A stretch of 64,000 bases of DNA from Candidatus Nanopelagicales bacterium (GCA_044375955.1 JBILLS010000001.1:27339-91338), one strand, 5' to 3'; counted from the first letter of the stretch, positions 51,873 to 61,354 are shown. A program made the numbers and translations. The notes: a model not told the origin generated them from the letters alone.

Positions 51873-53221
51873 ACCAGCTCTGCTACGGCATCGGCGAAAA
51901 GTTCGGTGTGGCGATCGACGTCCGCCGCGGATGTCTCAGGGCACATCAACGCCATGTTGTGGAACGGAGTGAGCAGGACCCCGCGATTCGACATGTAGAG
52001 GTGCAGGAATTCCTCGAGGTCGCCATCGTGGGCGGCCGCCGACTCGGATCCTGTCCGCGGGGTAGGCGAGGTGAACCGGTATTCGGCACGGGCCCCCAAT
52101 TGCGCGATCGACCACGCAACGGAGTGCTCCGTGAGGGTCTTCTCGACACCCTCCCGGAACCGCGTGGCGAGATCGATCATGTGAGCAAAGGCCGCGTCCG
52201 TCAGTACGTACTCGAGAGTGGCGCGCATGGCTGCCGTCGAGAGCACGTTCCCAGCCAGGGTGCCCCCAACACCACCGACATCGACGAGATCGGCCTCCGG
52301 GTGGTCCGCGATGCGCTCCGCGATCTCGTGCGTGATGCCGTAGGCACCGGAGGGGATTCCCCCGCCGATGCTCTTACCGATGACGAAGATGTCCGGTTGA
52401 AGATCCCAGGCCGCCGTGCACCCCCCGGGGCCCGCGGAGATCGTGTGCGTCTCGTCGATGAGCAGTAACGTCCCGTACTTCGTGCAGAGAGCGCGAACGT
52501 CGTCGAGGAATCCTGGTTCCGGGAGAACGATCCCGATGTTGGTGAGCGCTGGCTCGGTGATGAGGACGGCGACATCACCGTGGGCGAGCTCCCGCTCGAC
52601 GGAGGCAAGATCGTTGAACTCGGCAACCCGGGTTGTCTGCGCGATCGGGACAGCAGGGCCCACGTTGCCCTCACGGAACTGCGCGGAACCATCGGCGCCG
52701 GTGATCACCAACGTCTCATCGACTGCGCCGTGATAGCAGTAGGAGAAGGCCAGAATGCGGGGGCGGCCGGTGACCAGGCGCGCGAGACGCAGGGCCCACC
52801 GGTTGGCGTCCGTGGCCGTGAGACTGAACGACCACAGCGGAAGCCCGAAGCGGCGAGTGAGCTCCGCGCCCACCCACTCGGCGTCCTCGCTCGGCATCAT
52901 CGTGGTGATGCCGCCGAGCTCCCCGATGCGTCGATGGACTGCGGTGATGGTCGCTGCCGGGGAGTGGCCAGCCATCGCACCGGTGTCTCCCAGGGCGAAG
53001 TCGATGTACTCGTGTCCGTCGATGTCCGTGATGCGGTTCCCGCGCGCCGCCCCGAGATACAGGGGGTATCCCCCCGACCACTTGTTCATCCAGGTCATCG
53101 GAACGCGGCCCAGCAGATGATCGGCGGAGTCGAAGGAACGACGTGACCGGGGAGTGCGATCGGCATGTGTGCGCCTCTCGCGCTCGACGAGGGTCGCCAG
53201 GTGCGCACGATCGAAGGTCAT
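51869..53221 (-). CDS. Class III aminotransferase, glutamate-1-semialdehyde-aminomutase-like
   Basis: ...ITDIDGHEYIDFALGDTGAMAGHSP...IDETHT...IGKSIGGGIP... Trimmed to ATG 53221 (MTFDRAHL). Confidence 0.8.
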   Translation of the reverse strand: MTFDRAHLATLVERERRTHADRTPRSRRSFDSADHLLGRVPMTWMNKWSGGYPLYLGAARGNRITDIDGHEYIDFALGDTGAMAGHSPAATITAVHRRIGELGGITTMMPSEDAEWVGAELTRRFGLPLWSFSLTATDANRWALRLARLVTGRPRILAFSYCYHGAVDETLVITGADGSAQFREGNVGPAVPIAQTTRVAEFNDLASVERELAHGDVAVLITEPALTNIGIVLPEPGFLDDVRALCTKYGTLLLIDETHTISAGPGGCTAAWDLQPDIFVIGKSIGGGIPSGAYGITHEIAERIADHPEADLVDVGGVGGTLAGNVLSTAAMRATLEYVLTDAAFAHMIDLATRFREGVEKTLTEHSVAWSIAQLGARAEYRFTSPTPRTGSESAAAHDGDLEEFLHLYMSNRGVLLTPFHNMALMCPETSAADVDRHTELFADAVAELV

Positions 53222-53240
53222 GGTCGATGCTAGACCGGAA

Positions 53241-54248
53241 TCAGGGATTGCGCGCCAGTGTTGCCACGAGCACGGCCTTGATCGTGTGCAACCGATTCTC
53301 CGCTTCATCCATCACGATGCTCGCGCTGGATTCGAAAACCTCGTCCGTGATCTCGACGCCGTCGGCCAGTCCGTACCGCTCCGCGATGGTGCGTCCCACC
53401 TGCGTGCTGCTGTCATGGAAGGCGGGCAGGCAGTGCAGGACCTTCACCGCAGGATTCTCCGCGCGCTGTATCACGCTCGAATCGAGTCGATAGGGACGCA
53501 GGATCTCGATCCGCTCAGCCCAGGTCTCGGCGGGCTCACCCATCGAGACCCAGACGTCGGTGGCAAGGAAATCAGCCCCGGAGACAGCCTCGTCGACGGA
53601 TTCGGTGATGAGGATCCGCGCACCGGACTCCACGGCACGGGCGCGGGCCAATTCCTGCACATCGTCCGCGGGCCACAGAGCGCGCGGTGCGCAAATCCGC
53701 ACATCCGCACCCATGATCGCTCCCATCGCCAGGTAGGAGTTGCCCATGTTGTTGCGGGCATCGCCGAGATAGGCGTAGGCGATCTCACCCCAGGGCCGGG
53801 GTGCGTACTCGCGCATGGTCAGGAAGTCCGCGAGCATCTGCGTGGGATGCCACTCGTCCGTGAGTCCGTTGAAGACCGGGACCGACGCGTAGTCCGCGAG
53901 TTGCTCGGCCGTCGCCTGGGCCGATCCTCGGTACTGAATTCCGTCGTACATGCGCGAGAGAACGCGCGCAGTGTCGGCGATCGATTCCTTGTGGCCCATC
54001 TGCGAGGACGCGGGGTCCAGGTAGGTGGTGAACGCCCCCTGCTGGAACGCCGCGACTTCGAAGGCGCACCGGGTGCGGGTCGAGGACTTCTCGAAAATGA
54101 GCGCTATCGCAGAGCCGGTGAGACGGGGGCGCTCGCGTTGCTCGGCGCGCTCGGCCTTCAGGGTGGCCGCGAGGTCGATCAGGTAGTCCAACTCGGCCGC
54201 CGTGAAATCGACTTCCTTCAGGAAGTCACGGCCGAACAAGGTGGTCAT
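53241..54248 (-). CDS. argF: Ornithine carbamoyltransferase (ArgF/ArgI/ArcB type)
   Basis: STRTR, HPTQ, DVWVSMG and HCLPAFHD motifs are all present, and the C-terminus is ArgI-like. Confidence 0.9.
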   Translation of the reverse strand: MTTLFGRDFLKEVDFTAAELDYLIDLAATLKAERAEQRERPRLTGSAIALIFEKSSTRTRCAFEVAAFQQGAFTTYLDPASSQMGHKESIADTARVLSRMYDGIQYRGSAQATAEQLADYASVPVFNGLTDEWHPTQMLADFLTMREYAPRPWGEIAYAYLGDARNNMGNSYLAMGAIMGADVRICAPRALWPADDVQELARARAVESGARILITESVDEAVSGADFLATDVWVSMGEPAETWAERIEILRPYRLDSSVIQRAENPAVKVLHCLPAFHDSSTQVGRTIAERYGLADGVEITDEVFESSASIVMDEAENRLHTIKAVLVATLARNP

Positions 54249-54286
54249 GGCGCGCCCTTCTGCGAGGGAGGAAGCCTAACGGGTGC

Positions 54287-54730
54287 TCAGTCCAGCCAAT
54301 CCGCGTTCGCATAGTGCCAGCGCAGTGAGCGACGAGCCAGAGGCTGCACCACCGCGATGACCTCGTCGTAGAGAAGTGCCAGGGAACCACCCTCCTGACG
54401 CGGGCACACCGGTACGGCGAGGACCAGCCGTGCGGGATTACCCGTGCGGAGTGCGTGTGCAATCGCGCGAGCGGCGGTTCCGGTCTCCACTCCGTCATCG
54501 ACGACGACCACCTCCCGACCCGAGACCTCCGGAATCTCCGGAATGGACACGCCCTCGTCGGTTCGAGCGATCTCGAGCGCGTGCACAGAAGTACCGAGGG
54601 CGGCGGCAACCGCCTCGGCGACCGGGATTCCGTGGGGTGCGACGGCAAGCACGAGCGGATCCGTGACCCGGTCTCGCACATGTGGAGCAAGTTTCTCCCC
54701 GGCATCCCTGAGATCGAGGAAATCCGCCAT
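54287..54730 (-). CDS. Small type-I phosphoribosyltransferase-domain protein
   Basis: 147 aa with the PRPP loop EVVVVDDGVETGTAA. The ATG shares a base with the upstream gene's stop (TGATG). Confidence 0.7.
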   Translation of the reverse strand: MADFLDLRDAGEKLAPHVRDRVTDPLVLAVAPHGIPVAEAVAAALGTSVHALEIARTDEGVSIPEIPEVSGREVVVVDDGVETGTAARAIAHALRTGNPARLVLAVPVCPRQEGGSLALLYDEVIAVVQPLARRSLRWHYANADWLD

Positions 54731-55104
54731 CAGGAATCCAGTCGGGGTGCCGCGGGAGTGCTCGCGGAGCCGAGCTGTGTGGTCTCTGCGTCGGCGGAGA
54801 GACCCGAGTCATAGGTGCGCACGTCACCCGAATCCGCCTGCACGAGCAATTCGAACGTCGAGTCCTCATCGCGCGCCTGGGAGAGAAAGGGGATCACCTT
54901 CTCCTTGATCTCGTACGCGCTCATCGCCTTGCGATAGGAGCCCATGTCCTGCCACCGCGTGGTGATGAGAATCTCCTGTGCATGATCCACGGACTGAAGC
55001 ACTTCGACTCCGAGGCATCCCGCACGTGAGCGCAGTAGGTCCACGCCCGCCCGGGCCTGTCCGAGGAACTCGGTGCGTTCCCGCTGCGGCACGGTGAAGC
55101 GCAT
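54730..55104 (-). CDS. ABM (antibiotic-biosynthesis-monooxygenase)-fold-like small protein
   Basis: MRFTVPQRERTEFLGQARAGVDLLRSRAGCLGVEVLQSVDHAQEILITTRWQDMGSYRKAM has a ferredoxin-like ABM pattern. The start is uncertain (ATG 55104 or GTG 55110; the ORF extends to 55233). Confidence 0.45.
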   Translation of the reverse strand: MRFTVPQRERTEFLGQARAGVDLLRSRAGCLGVEVLQSVDHAQEILITTRWQDMGSYRKAMSAYEIKEKVIPFLSQARDEDSTFELLVQADSGDVRTYDSGLSADAETTQLGSASTPAAPRLDS

Positions 55105-55170
55105 CGTCACCAGTACCGGTGCTGCGGCGGACCAGTTAGGCTCGAACACGCCGATGACGCTAGACCAGGG

Positions 55171-55542
55171 GTGAGATTCGTGGCGAAGGACGATCAGAGC
55201 GGGGTTCGCGGACCGCGTGGACCGCAGCGCCAATCCTCGAAGACCGCGCCGGGATCCCGCGGTGCACTGGAGCGGATCAGCTACCCGCTCCTCACCGCGC
55301 TGCTGCGGGTTCCGCGCTGGCTCGTCGTGGTCCTGTTGGCCACCGCCTTCACCCTCGGCCTGATCCAGACCGGGGACCTGGCCTGGCTCGGCGGCGTCCT
55401 ACTGGGCCTCGTGGCGCTGTTCCTCGGCTGGCTGCTCGCCCTGGCCTGGCCCGTCCTGACGCCCGGGCGCCGAACGATCAGGCTGGTCACCGTCGTGGCA
55501 GCCCTCGGCGTGGCGATCCTGAAGTTTCAGGGCCGGTTTTGA
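55171..55542 (+). CDS. Small two-TM membrane protein (hypothetical)
   Basis: ...LLRVPRWLVVVLLATAFTLGL...LLGLVALFLGWLLALAW... The start is uncertain. Confidence 0.4.
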   Translation: MRFVAKDDQSGVRGPRGPQRQSSKTAPGSRGALERISYPLLTALLRVPRWLVVVLLATAFTLGLIQTGDLAWLGGVLLGLVALFLGWLLALAWPVLTPGRRTIRLVTVVAALGVAILKFQGRF

Positions 55543-55554
55543 CATTCATTTTCA
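55540..55554 (+). promoter_or_regulatory. Zur box upstream of znuA
   Basis: TGACATTCATTTTCA sits inside the AT-rich TTTTGACATTCATTTTCAATAAAA, 20 nt before the znuA ATG. It matches the actinobacterial Zur consensus TGAAAATGATTTTCA, as I recall it, at 12 of 15 positions. Confidence 0.65.
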
Positions 55555-55573
55555 ATAAAACTACCCTGGGGAC

Positions 55574-56536
55574 ATGCGCATATCCCTCCTCGGAGCCCTC
55601 GCCGGCTCCACAGTCCTCGCCCTGAGCGCCTGCTCCTCCACCCCCACCGTCAGCGGACCGGTCGAGGTCGTCGCCACGACGACGGTGTTGGGCGACGTGA
55701 CCCAACGCATCGTGTCCTGCGGCGAGGGGAACGTGACGGTCCTTATGCCGATCGGATCCGACCCACACGAGTTCACCCCGTCCTCCGATCAGGTCGCCCA
55801 GATGGTGCGCGCGAACCTCGTCGTCGCCAATGGACTCGGCCTCGAGGAAGGGCTCGCGCAGGCACTCGAATCCGCAGAAGCGGACGGCGCGCAGGTCCTG
55901 ACCATCGCGGACAAGGTCGAGCCGATCGAATTCGGTGGACATGGGCATGACCACGGCGCTGAGGGGAAAGACGACCACGGGCACGAAGATGATCACGGAC
56001 ATGGTTCCGAGGACCCGCACTTCTGGATGGACATGAACCGTATGGCCGATGGTGCGGTGATCATCGGTGATGAGCTCACCGCGATGACGGGTGATGAGTC
56101 CTATGCGACGTGCGGAACTCAGGTCGCCGATGAGATCCGCGCGGCCGAGACCGATGTCCGCGCCCTGCTCGAGGCCGTTCCCGCGGAGAAGCGCATCCTG
56201 GTCACCGATCACGATGCCCTCGGCTACCTCGCCGATGCCTATGGCTACGAGGTGGTGGGCACGGTCATCCCCGGTGGAAGCACGCTGGGGGAGCCGAGTT
56301 CCGCCGATCTCGCAGACCTCGTGGCCACCATGCGGGCCGAAAGCGTGACGACGATCTTCAGCGGCGTGGGCAATCCCGCGGCCGTCGCAGACGCCGTCGC
56401 CGGCGAACTCGGCGACACCGTCCGGGTTGTGGCTCTCTACGAGGGATCGCTCGGTGGTCCCGGATCCGGCGCCGAGTCCTACGTCGAGATGATGCGGTCG
56501 AACGCCTCGGCCATATCCGCGGCCCTGCAAGACTGA
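55574..56536 (+). CDS. znuA: Zinc ABC transporter substrate-binding lipoprotein (ZnuA/TroA family) with a His/Asp-rich loop
   Basis: Lipobox LALSAC. Contains the loop GGHGHDHGAEGKDDHGHEDDHGHGSEDPH. Confidence 0.85.
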   Translation: MRISLLGALAGSTVLALSACSSTPTVSGPVEVVATTTVLGDVTQRIVSCGEGNVTVLMPIGSDPHEFTPSSDQVAQMVRANLVVANGLGLEEGLAQALESAEADGAQVLTIADKVEPIEFGGHGHDHGAEGKDDHGHEDDHGHGSEDPHFWMDMNRMADGAVIIGDELTAMTGDESYATCGTQVADEIRAAETDVRALLEAVPAEKRILVTDHDALGYLADAYGYEVVGTVIPGGSTLGEPSSADLADLVATMRAESVTTIFSGVGNPAAVADAVAGELGDTVRVVALYEGSLGGPGSGAESYVEMMRSNASAISAALQD

Positions 56537-56539
56537 GCT

Positions 56540-57376
56540 GTGGAGTGGTGGCTTGAGCCTTTCGCCCTAGGTTTCCAACAGCGGGCCCTGGTGGGCGGCA
56601 TGTTGGCCGCCATCATGTCCGCCGTCGTCGGGACCTGGCTGGTGCTACGCGGGATGAGCTTCTTCGGAGATGCATTCGTCCACGGAGTTGTCCCCGGTAT
56701 CGCCGCGGCCGTGGTCCTCAACGTCAACCCGATCATCGGCGCCGCGATCGCCGCCTTGATCATGGTGCTCGCCATCGAGGTTGTGCACCGCCAGACAGCC
56801 TTGAGTGAGGACACAGCCATCGGTTTGCTCTTCGTAGGAATGCTGGCACTCGGTGTCGTCATCATCTCGCGTCTCGACAGTTACACCGGCAGCCTCACGT
56901 CGATTCTCTTCGGGGACATCCTCGGCGTGACGATGCAGAACCTCATCGGCCAAGCGATCCTGACGGTGATCATCGTCGCGGCTGCGACGATCCTCTACCG
57001 ACCGCTACTCGCACTGTCCTTTAATCGTGAGAAGGCAGAACTCTGGGGGATGAAGCCCAACCGGACGCACGCGGCTCTCATGGTCATGATCGCCGCCGCG
57101 GTGATCGGCTCGTACCAGTCCGTCGGCACATTGCTCGTCTTCGGTCTCCTCGTCGGCCCGCCCGCCACCGCGGCACTCCTCGCCCGCACCGTCCCGCAGA
57201 TGATGATGATCGCAGTCGGCGTGGGTGTCGTCTCGGTGTGGATCGGACTCACCATCAGCTACCACCTCGGGACGGCGGGCTCCGCGACGATGTCCATGGT
57301 TCCCATCATCGTGTTCTTCATAGTGCTGGCGCTCCGTCGAGTTCTGCCCCGTCGATCGGAGGTGATCCATGCCTGA
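56540..57376 (+). CDS. znuB: Metal ABC transporter permease (ABC-3 family)
   Basis: 278 aa, about 8 TM segments, ...LRGMSFFGDAFVHGVVPG... GTG start 3 nt after the znuA stop. Confidence 0.85.
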   Translation: MEWWLEPFALGFQQRALVGGMLAAIMSAVVGTWLVLRGMSFFGDAFVHGVVPGIAAAVVLNVNPIIGAAIAALIMVLAIEVVHRQTALSEDTAIGLLFVGMLALGVVIISRLDSYTGSLTSILFGDILGVTMQNLIGQAILTVIIVAAATILYRPLLALSFNREKAELWGMKPNRTHAALMVMIAAAVIGSYQSVGTLLVFGLLVGPPATAALLARTVPQMMMIAVGVGVVSVWIGLTISYHLGTAGSATMSMVPIIVFFIVLALRRVLPRRSEVIHA

Positions 57377-58148
57377 CGTCGTCGTCGGTCGCGGTGTGGT
57401 GATCGAACGTGGGACGCGAACGGCGGTCACCGCGTCGGACTTCACCATCCCGGAGGGCTCCATCACCGCGATCATCGGCCCGAATGGAAGTGGGAAGTCC
57501 ACCCTGCTCCATGCGATTGCCGGCCTGCTTCCCCTCACCTCGGGCGATTTGACCGTGTTCGGTGGTGAACCGCAAGCAAGCAGGGAACGGGTCTCCTATG
57601 TGCTGCAGTACACCGCGGCACCCGCGGGCACACCGCTGACCGTGCGGGAGGCCGTCGGTATGGGTCGCTATCCGGGCCTCGGACTACTACGCAGGTTCAC
57701 CCGCACCGACAGGGAGCGGATCACGTCCGCCCTGGCCCGCTTGGAGATCACCGACTTGGAGCGCCGACATCTGACGGAACTCTCCGGCGGTCAGCGTCAG
57801 CGCGTATACGTTGCCCAGGGGATAGCGCAAGATCACGCGATGCTGCTGCTCGATGAGCCCTTGACGGGCCTGGATCTCAATTCGGCCCGCACCATCGATG
57901 CGATCATCCATGAAGAACCCACCCGCGGCTGCACCGTCGTTCTCACCACCCACGACCTGGAGGAGGCTCGCGCAGCGGACCACGTGATCCTTACGTCCGG
58001 TCGAGTGATCGCGTGCGGGAAACCGGACACCGTGCTCACCACCGCGAATCTGGCCACGGCCTACGGCCTCGGAACCCTCCACGAGGCGGATGTGCAGGCA
58101 CCACTGTTCCCCACCGAGCATCATGATCCCCATGGCCACGACCACTAG
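57369..58148 (+). CDS. znuC: Metal ABC transporter ATP-binding protein
   Basis: Walker A GPNGSGKST, signature LSGGQRQRV, Walker B LLLDEP. Confidence 0.85.
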   Translation: MPDVVVGRGVVIERGTRTAVTASDFTIPEGSITAIIGPNGSGKSTLLHAIAGLLPLTSGDLTVFGGEPQASRERVSYVLQYTAAPAGTPLTVREAVGMGRYPGLGLLRRFTRTDRERITSALARLEITDLERRHLTELSGGQRQRVYVAQGIAQDHAMLLLDEPLTGLDLNSARTIDAIIHEEPTRGCTVVLTTHDLEEARAADHVILTSGRVIACGKPDTVLTTANLATAYGLGTLHEADVQAPLFPTEHHDPHGHDH

Positions 58149-58551
58149 GGCGCAGGGCGAGCGCGCCCCTGTCGGAATCCGCTCGACCAAGCAGCGTGCC
58201 GCCGTGCTCGCGGCACTGGCCGAGATCGATGATTTCCGCTCCACGCAGGAGCTGCATGACTACCTCCGTCGACGCGGTGACGCCGTGGGGTTGACCACCG
58301 TCTATCGCACGCTTCAGGCACTGGCCGAGGCCGGGGAGGTCGATGTCATCGTCCGCGAGGACGGTGAGAGCGTCTATCGCCAATGCAGCAGCACCCATCA
58401 CCATCACCTGGTGTGCCGTGACTGTGGGCGCACGGTCGAGGTCGAGGGCCCCGCGGTGGAGCGCTGGGCGACACGTGTCGCCGAGGATCACGGATTCACC
58501 GACGTCAGCCACACATTGGAGATCTTCGGCGTCTGCTCGTCCTGCGCCTAG
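58132..58551 (+). CDS. zur: Fur-family zinc uptake regulator
   Basis: ...[13 protein letters not shown]...[13 protein letters not shown]...[16 protein letters not shown]...CSSC. The start is uncertain (58123/58132) and overlaps the znuC 3' end. Confidence 0.8.
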   Translation: MATTTRAQGERAPVGIRSTKQRAAVLAALAEIDDFRSTQELHDYLRRRGDAVGLTTVYRTLQALAEAGEVDVIVREDGESVYRQCSSTHHHHLVCRDCGRTVEVEGPAVERWATRVAEDHGFTDVSHTLEIFGVCSSCA

Positions 58552-59315
58552 ACCTGATTGGGAACCGCCCCACCGTATCGACGATCGCGCGCGGCGTAGA
58601 TCTCACAGGCCTGCCAGAGGTGCCGCCGATCGAAGTCCGGCCAGAGCGTGTCGAGGAAAACCATCTCCGCGTAGGCGGATTGCCACAGAAGGAAATTGCT
58701 CGTCCGCTGCTCGCCGGAGGATCGGACGAACAGGTCGACGTCGGGCATGTCCGGTTCGTCGAGGTACCGGTGGAAGGACTTCTCCGAGATCTTCTCCGGA
58801 TCGAGTCGACCGGCCTTCACCTCCGCGGCGATGCGCGTGGCCGCATCGACGATCTCTGCCCGTCCCCCGTAGTTCACGCACATCGTCAGCGTGAGCCGGG
58901 AGTTACGTGCGGTGAGCCGTTCCGCCTCCTCCAATTCATCGACAACGCTCTTCCAGAGTCGCGGGCGCCGACCGGCCCAGCGGATACGTATTCCAAGGTC
59001 GTTCATCTCATCGCGCCTGCGCCGGATGACATCCCGGTTGAATCCCATGAGGAACCGCACTTCGTCGGGTGAACGCTTCCAGTTCTCTGTCGAGAACGCG
59101 TAGGCGCTGATCCAGCCGATCCCCAACTCGAGGGCCCCGTGCACGCAGTCCAACAGACTCGCCTCCCCGGCCTCGTGCCCGGCGGTCCGCGGAAGTCCGC
59201 GCTGCTTGGCCCAGCGACCGTTGCCATCCATGACGATCGCGACGTGGCGCGGGATGAGGTCCTTTGGGATTGCGGGGGGACGAGCACCGGAGGGGTGCGG
59301 GGTCGGTGCGGTCAC
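58548..59315 (-). CDS. uppS: Isoprenyl (undecaprenyl/decaprenyl) diphosphate synthase, cis-prenyltransferase
   Basis: [13 protein letters not shown]...[11 protein letters not shown]... is the UppS signature. Confidence 0.92.
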   Translation of the reverse strand: MTAPTPHPSGARPPAIPKDLIPRHVAIVMDGNGRWAKQRGLPRTAGHEAGEASLLDCVHGALELGIGWISAYAFSTENWKRSPDEVRFLMGFNRDVIRRRRDEMNDLGIRIRWAGRRPRLWKSVVDELEEAERLTARNSRLTLTMCVNYGGRAEIVDAATRIAAEVKAGRLDPEKISEKSFHRYLDEPDMPDVDLFVRSSGEQRTSNFLLWQSAYAEMVFLDTLWPDFDRRHLWQACEIYAARDRRYGGAVPNQV

Positions 59316-59330
59316 CGACCCATCCTCACA

Positions 59331-60062
59331 TCACGCACGCTGCACGAGGGGAAGGGATCGCAGATCCCGTTCCAGGTGCCACTGCACGAAGGCCGCGACG
59401 AGGCCGCTGGCTTCACGCTGCTCACGTGCCTCAGTCTCCTCCGCCGTGGTCCAGTCACCGCTCAGCAGTGCACCGAGCAACGTCACGGTCACCGGCGAGG
59501 GAGTGGCCGATCCCGGCGGCCGACATTCGGAGCACACCATTCCGCCCGCGCCGATGTGGAAGGCGCGGTGCGGACCTTCGGCACCGCATCGCGCACAGTC
59601 ACCGAAGGATGGTGACCACCCGGCGATCGCGAGGGACCGCAGGAGGAACGCATCGAGAATCAGGGTTGGCTCGTGTTCGCGATGTGCCAGGGAACGTAGT
59701 CCCGATACGAGGAGGGCGTATTGCTGCACCGCAGGTTCACGCTCCTCCGGTGTCAGGCGTTCGACGGTCTCGACCATGACGTTGCCGGCGGTCCAGCGGG
59801 GATAGTCATCGGACATCTGGCCACCGAGCGCCTCGATGGTCTCCACCTGCGAGACGTTGTCGAGGGAGCGTCCCTCATACAACTGGATATCGACATGACT
59901 GAAGGGCTCGAGGCGAGCACCGATCCTGCTGGTTGTCTTGCGCACACCCCGTGCAACGGCACGGATGCGCCCGCGACCCCGCGTCAGCAGAGTGATGATG
60001 CGATCGGCCTCACCGAGTTTCTGGGTGCGGAGAACCACGCCCTCGTCACGGTAGACAGCCAC
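59331..60062 (-). CDS. recO: DNA repair protein RecO
   Basis: MAVYRDEGVVLRTQKLGEADRIITLLT... with a CxxC...CxxC zinc motif. Confidence 0.9.
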   Translation of the reverse strand: MAVYRDEGVVLRTQKLGEADRIITLLTRGRGRIRAVARGVRKTTSRIGARLEPFSHVDIQLYEGRSLDNVSQVETIEALGGQMSDDYPRWTAGNVMVETVERLTPEEREPAVQQYALLVSGLRSLAHREHEPTLILDAFLLRSLAIAGWSPSFGDCARCGAEGPHRAFHIGAGGMVCSECRPPGSATPSPVTVTLLGALLSGDWTTAEETEAREQREASGLVAAFVQWHLERDLRSLPLVQRA

Positions 60063-60101
60063 ACTGCATTCTCGCAGACAGCCGGACTCGAATCCGGTTC
60101 C

Positions 60102-61016
60102 TCAGAATCCGAGCCGGCGGAGTTGCTTGGGATCCCGCTGCCAGTCCTTGGCCACCTTGACATGTAGGTCCAGGAACACCGGAACACCGAGGAGCCTTTC
60201 GATCTCCGGACGTGCCTGCGCACCCACCTGACGGAGGCGTGCTCCACCCTTGCCGATGATGATGCCCTTCTGACTATCACGCTCGACGAACACCGTGGCG
60301 CGCACATCGGTCAGGGGTTTGTCCGCGGGACGATCTTCGCGCGGCACGATCTCCTCGACCACCACGGCGATGGAGTGCGGTAACTCATCAGTGACGCCCT
60401 CCAGTGCGGCCTCGCGGATGAGTTCTGCGACGGTGATGTCGATGACTTCGTCTCCCGTGGCGTCGTCGGGGTAGAGGTGCGGTCCCTCCGGCAGCAGCGC
60501 GATCAACTCCTCGGTGAGGCGGTCCACCTGGAATCCCCCACGCGCGGAGACCGGGAAGATGTGGGCGAAATCGAGGTGGTTCTCCTCTCCGAAGTTCTGG
60601 ACCGCGAGGAGCACACCCGCGAGTGCGTCTCGGCTCACCGCATCGACTTTGGTGACGATCGCGATGAGGGGTGCCTTCGATGCCGCGCGCACCTGGGTTG
60701 CGATGAACAGGTCACCCGGTCCGATCTCCTGGTCGGCGGGCAGGCAGAGGCCGACGAGATCGACGCTCGACCAGGCTTCGCGCACCTGGTCGTTGAGTCG
60801 TTCACCGAGGAGGGTTCGTGGTCGATGCATCCCGGGTGTATCGACCACGATCAGTTGACCATCGGGGCGGGTGACGATCCCGCGGATGATGCGCCGCGTG
60901 GTTTGTGGACGATCGGATGTGATGGCGACCTTCTGGCCGACGATCGCGTTCATGAGCGTCGACTTGCCGGCATTTGGTCGACCGGTGAAGGCGACGAATC
61001 CGCTGCGGAACGTCAT
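60102..61016 (-). CDS. era: GTPase Era
   Basis: MTFRSGFVAFTGRPNAGKSTLMNA..DTPG.. plus a KH domain. Trimmed to ATG 61016 (TGATG junction with the upstream gene). Confidence 0.95.
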   Translation of the reverse strand: MTFRSGFVAFTGRPNAGKSTLMNAIVGQKVAITSDRPQTTRRIIRGIVTRPDGQLIVVDTPGMHRPRTLLGERLNDQVREAWSSVDLVGLCLPADQEIGPGDLFIATQVRAASKAPLIAIVTKVDAVSRDALAGVLLAVQNFGEENHLDFAHIFPVSARGGFQVDRLTEELIALLPEGPHLYPDDATGDEVIDITVAELIREAALEGVTDELPHSIAVVVEEIVPREDRPADKPLTDVRATVFVERDSQKGIIIGKGGARLRQVGAQARPEIERLLGVPVFLDLHVKVAKDWQRDPKQLRRLGF

Positions 61017-61354
61017 CAGGATCGCATAACCGCGGTGATGGAACCCGCCGTTGAACACAGGTAGACGGGCACACCCGTCCCCCCCAGGGCCCGGACCACG
61101 TCGACGTCGATCGCACCGCTGTCGGTCACCACGACCACGGCCTCGAGTCCGCGTGCACCGGCGGCCGCGGCCTGGGCCACGGCGAGGTCGAGTGCGGACC
61201 ATGTTCGCGTACCGAGGACGACCGCTGCGGAGCTGTAGGTCCGCCCGGTCTCATCACGCACGGCCGCACCCTCCGGTGCTTGGATCCGTGAGGCAGCACC
61301 CCGCGCGAGCGTGAGGAGTTTCGCGTCCTCCGGTGCAAGGTGCTCAGTCATCAT
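61016..61354 (-). CDS. Cytidine-deaminase-fold-like small protein lacking zinc ligands (Rv2365c-like)
   Basis: 112 aa at the conserved position between corC and era. I saw no H(C)AE or PCxxC motif. Confidence 0.6.
   Translation of the reverse strand: MMTEHLAPEDAKLLTLARGAASRIQAPEGAAVRDETGRTYSSAAVVLGTRTWSALDLAVAQAAAAGARGLEAVVVVTDSGAIDVDVVRALGGTGVPVYLCSTAGSITAVMRS

Noticed and set aside
55940-56010. Repetitive His/Asp-coding stretch in znuA, and the Gly/Phe-coding repeats in dnaJ (about 24080-24170), as possible DNA repeat elements
   Set aside because: These are in-frame low-complexity protein segments (the ZnuA metal-binding loop and the DnaJ G/F linker). They are not independent repeat features.
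60062-60102. SOS-box-like TCGAAT-CCGG-TTCC upstream of recO
   Set aside because: The second half-site does not match the actinobacterial LexA consensus (TCGAAC-N4-GTTCGA), and the spacing and sequence are poor. It is probably a chance match.
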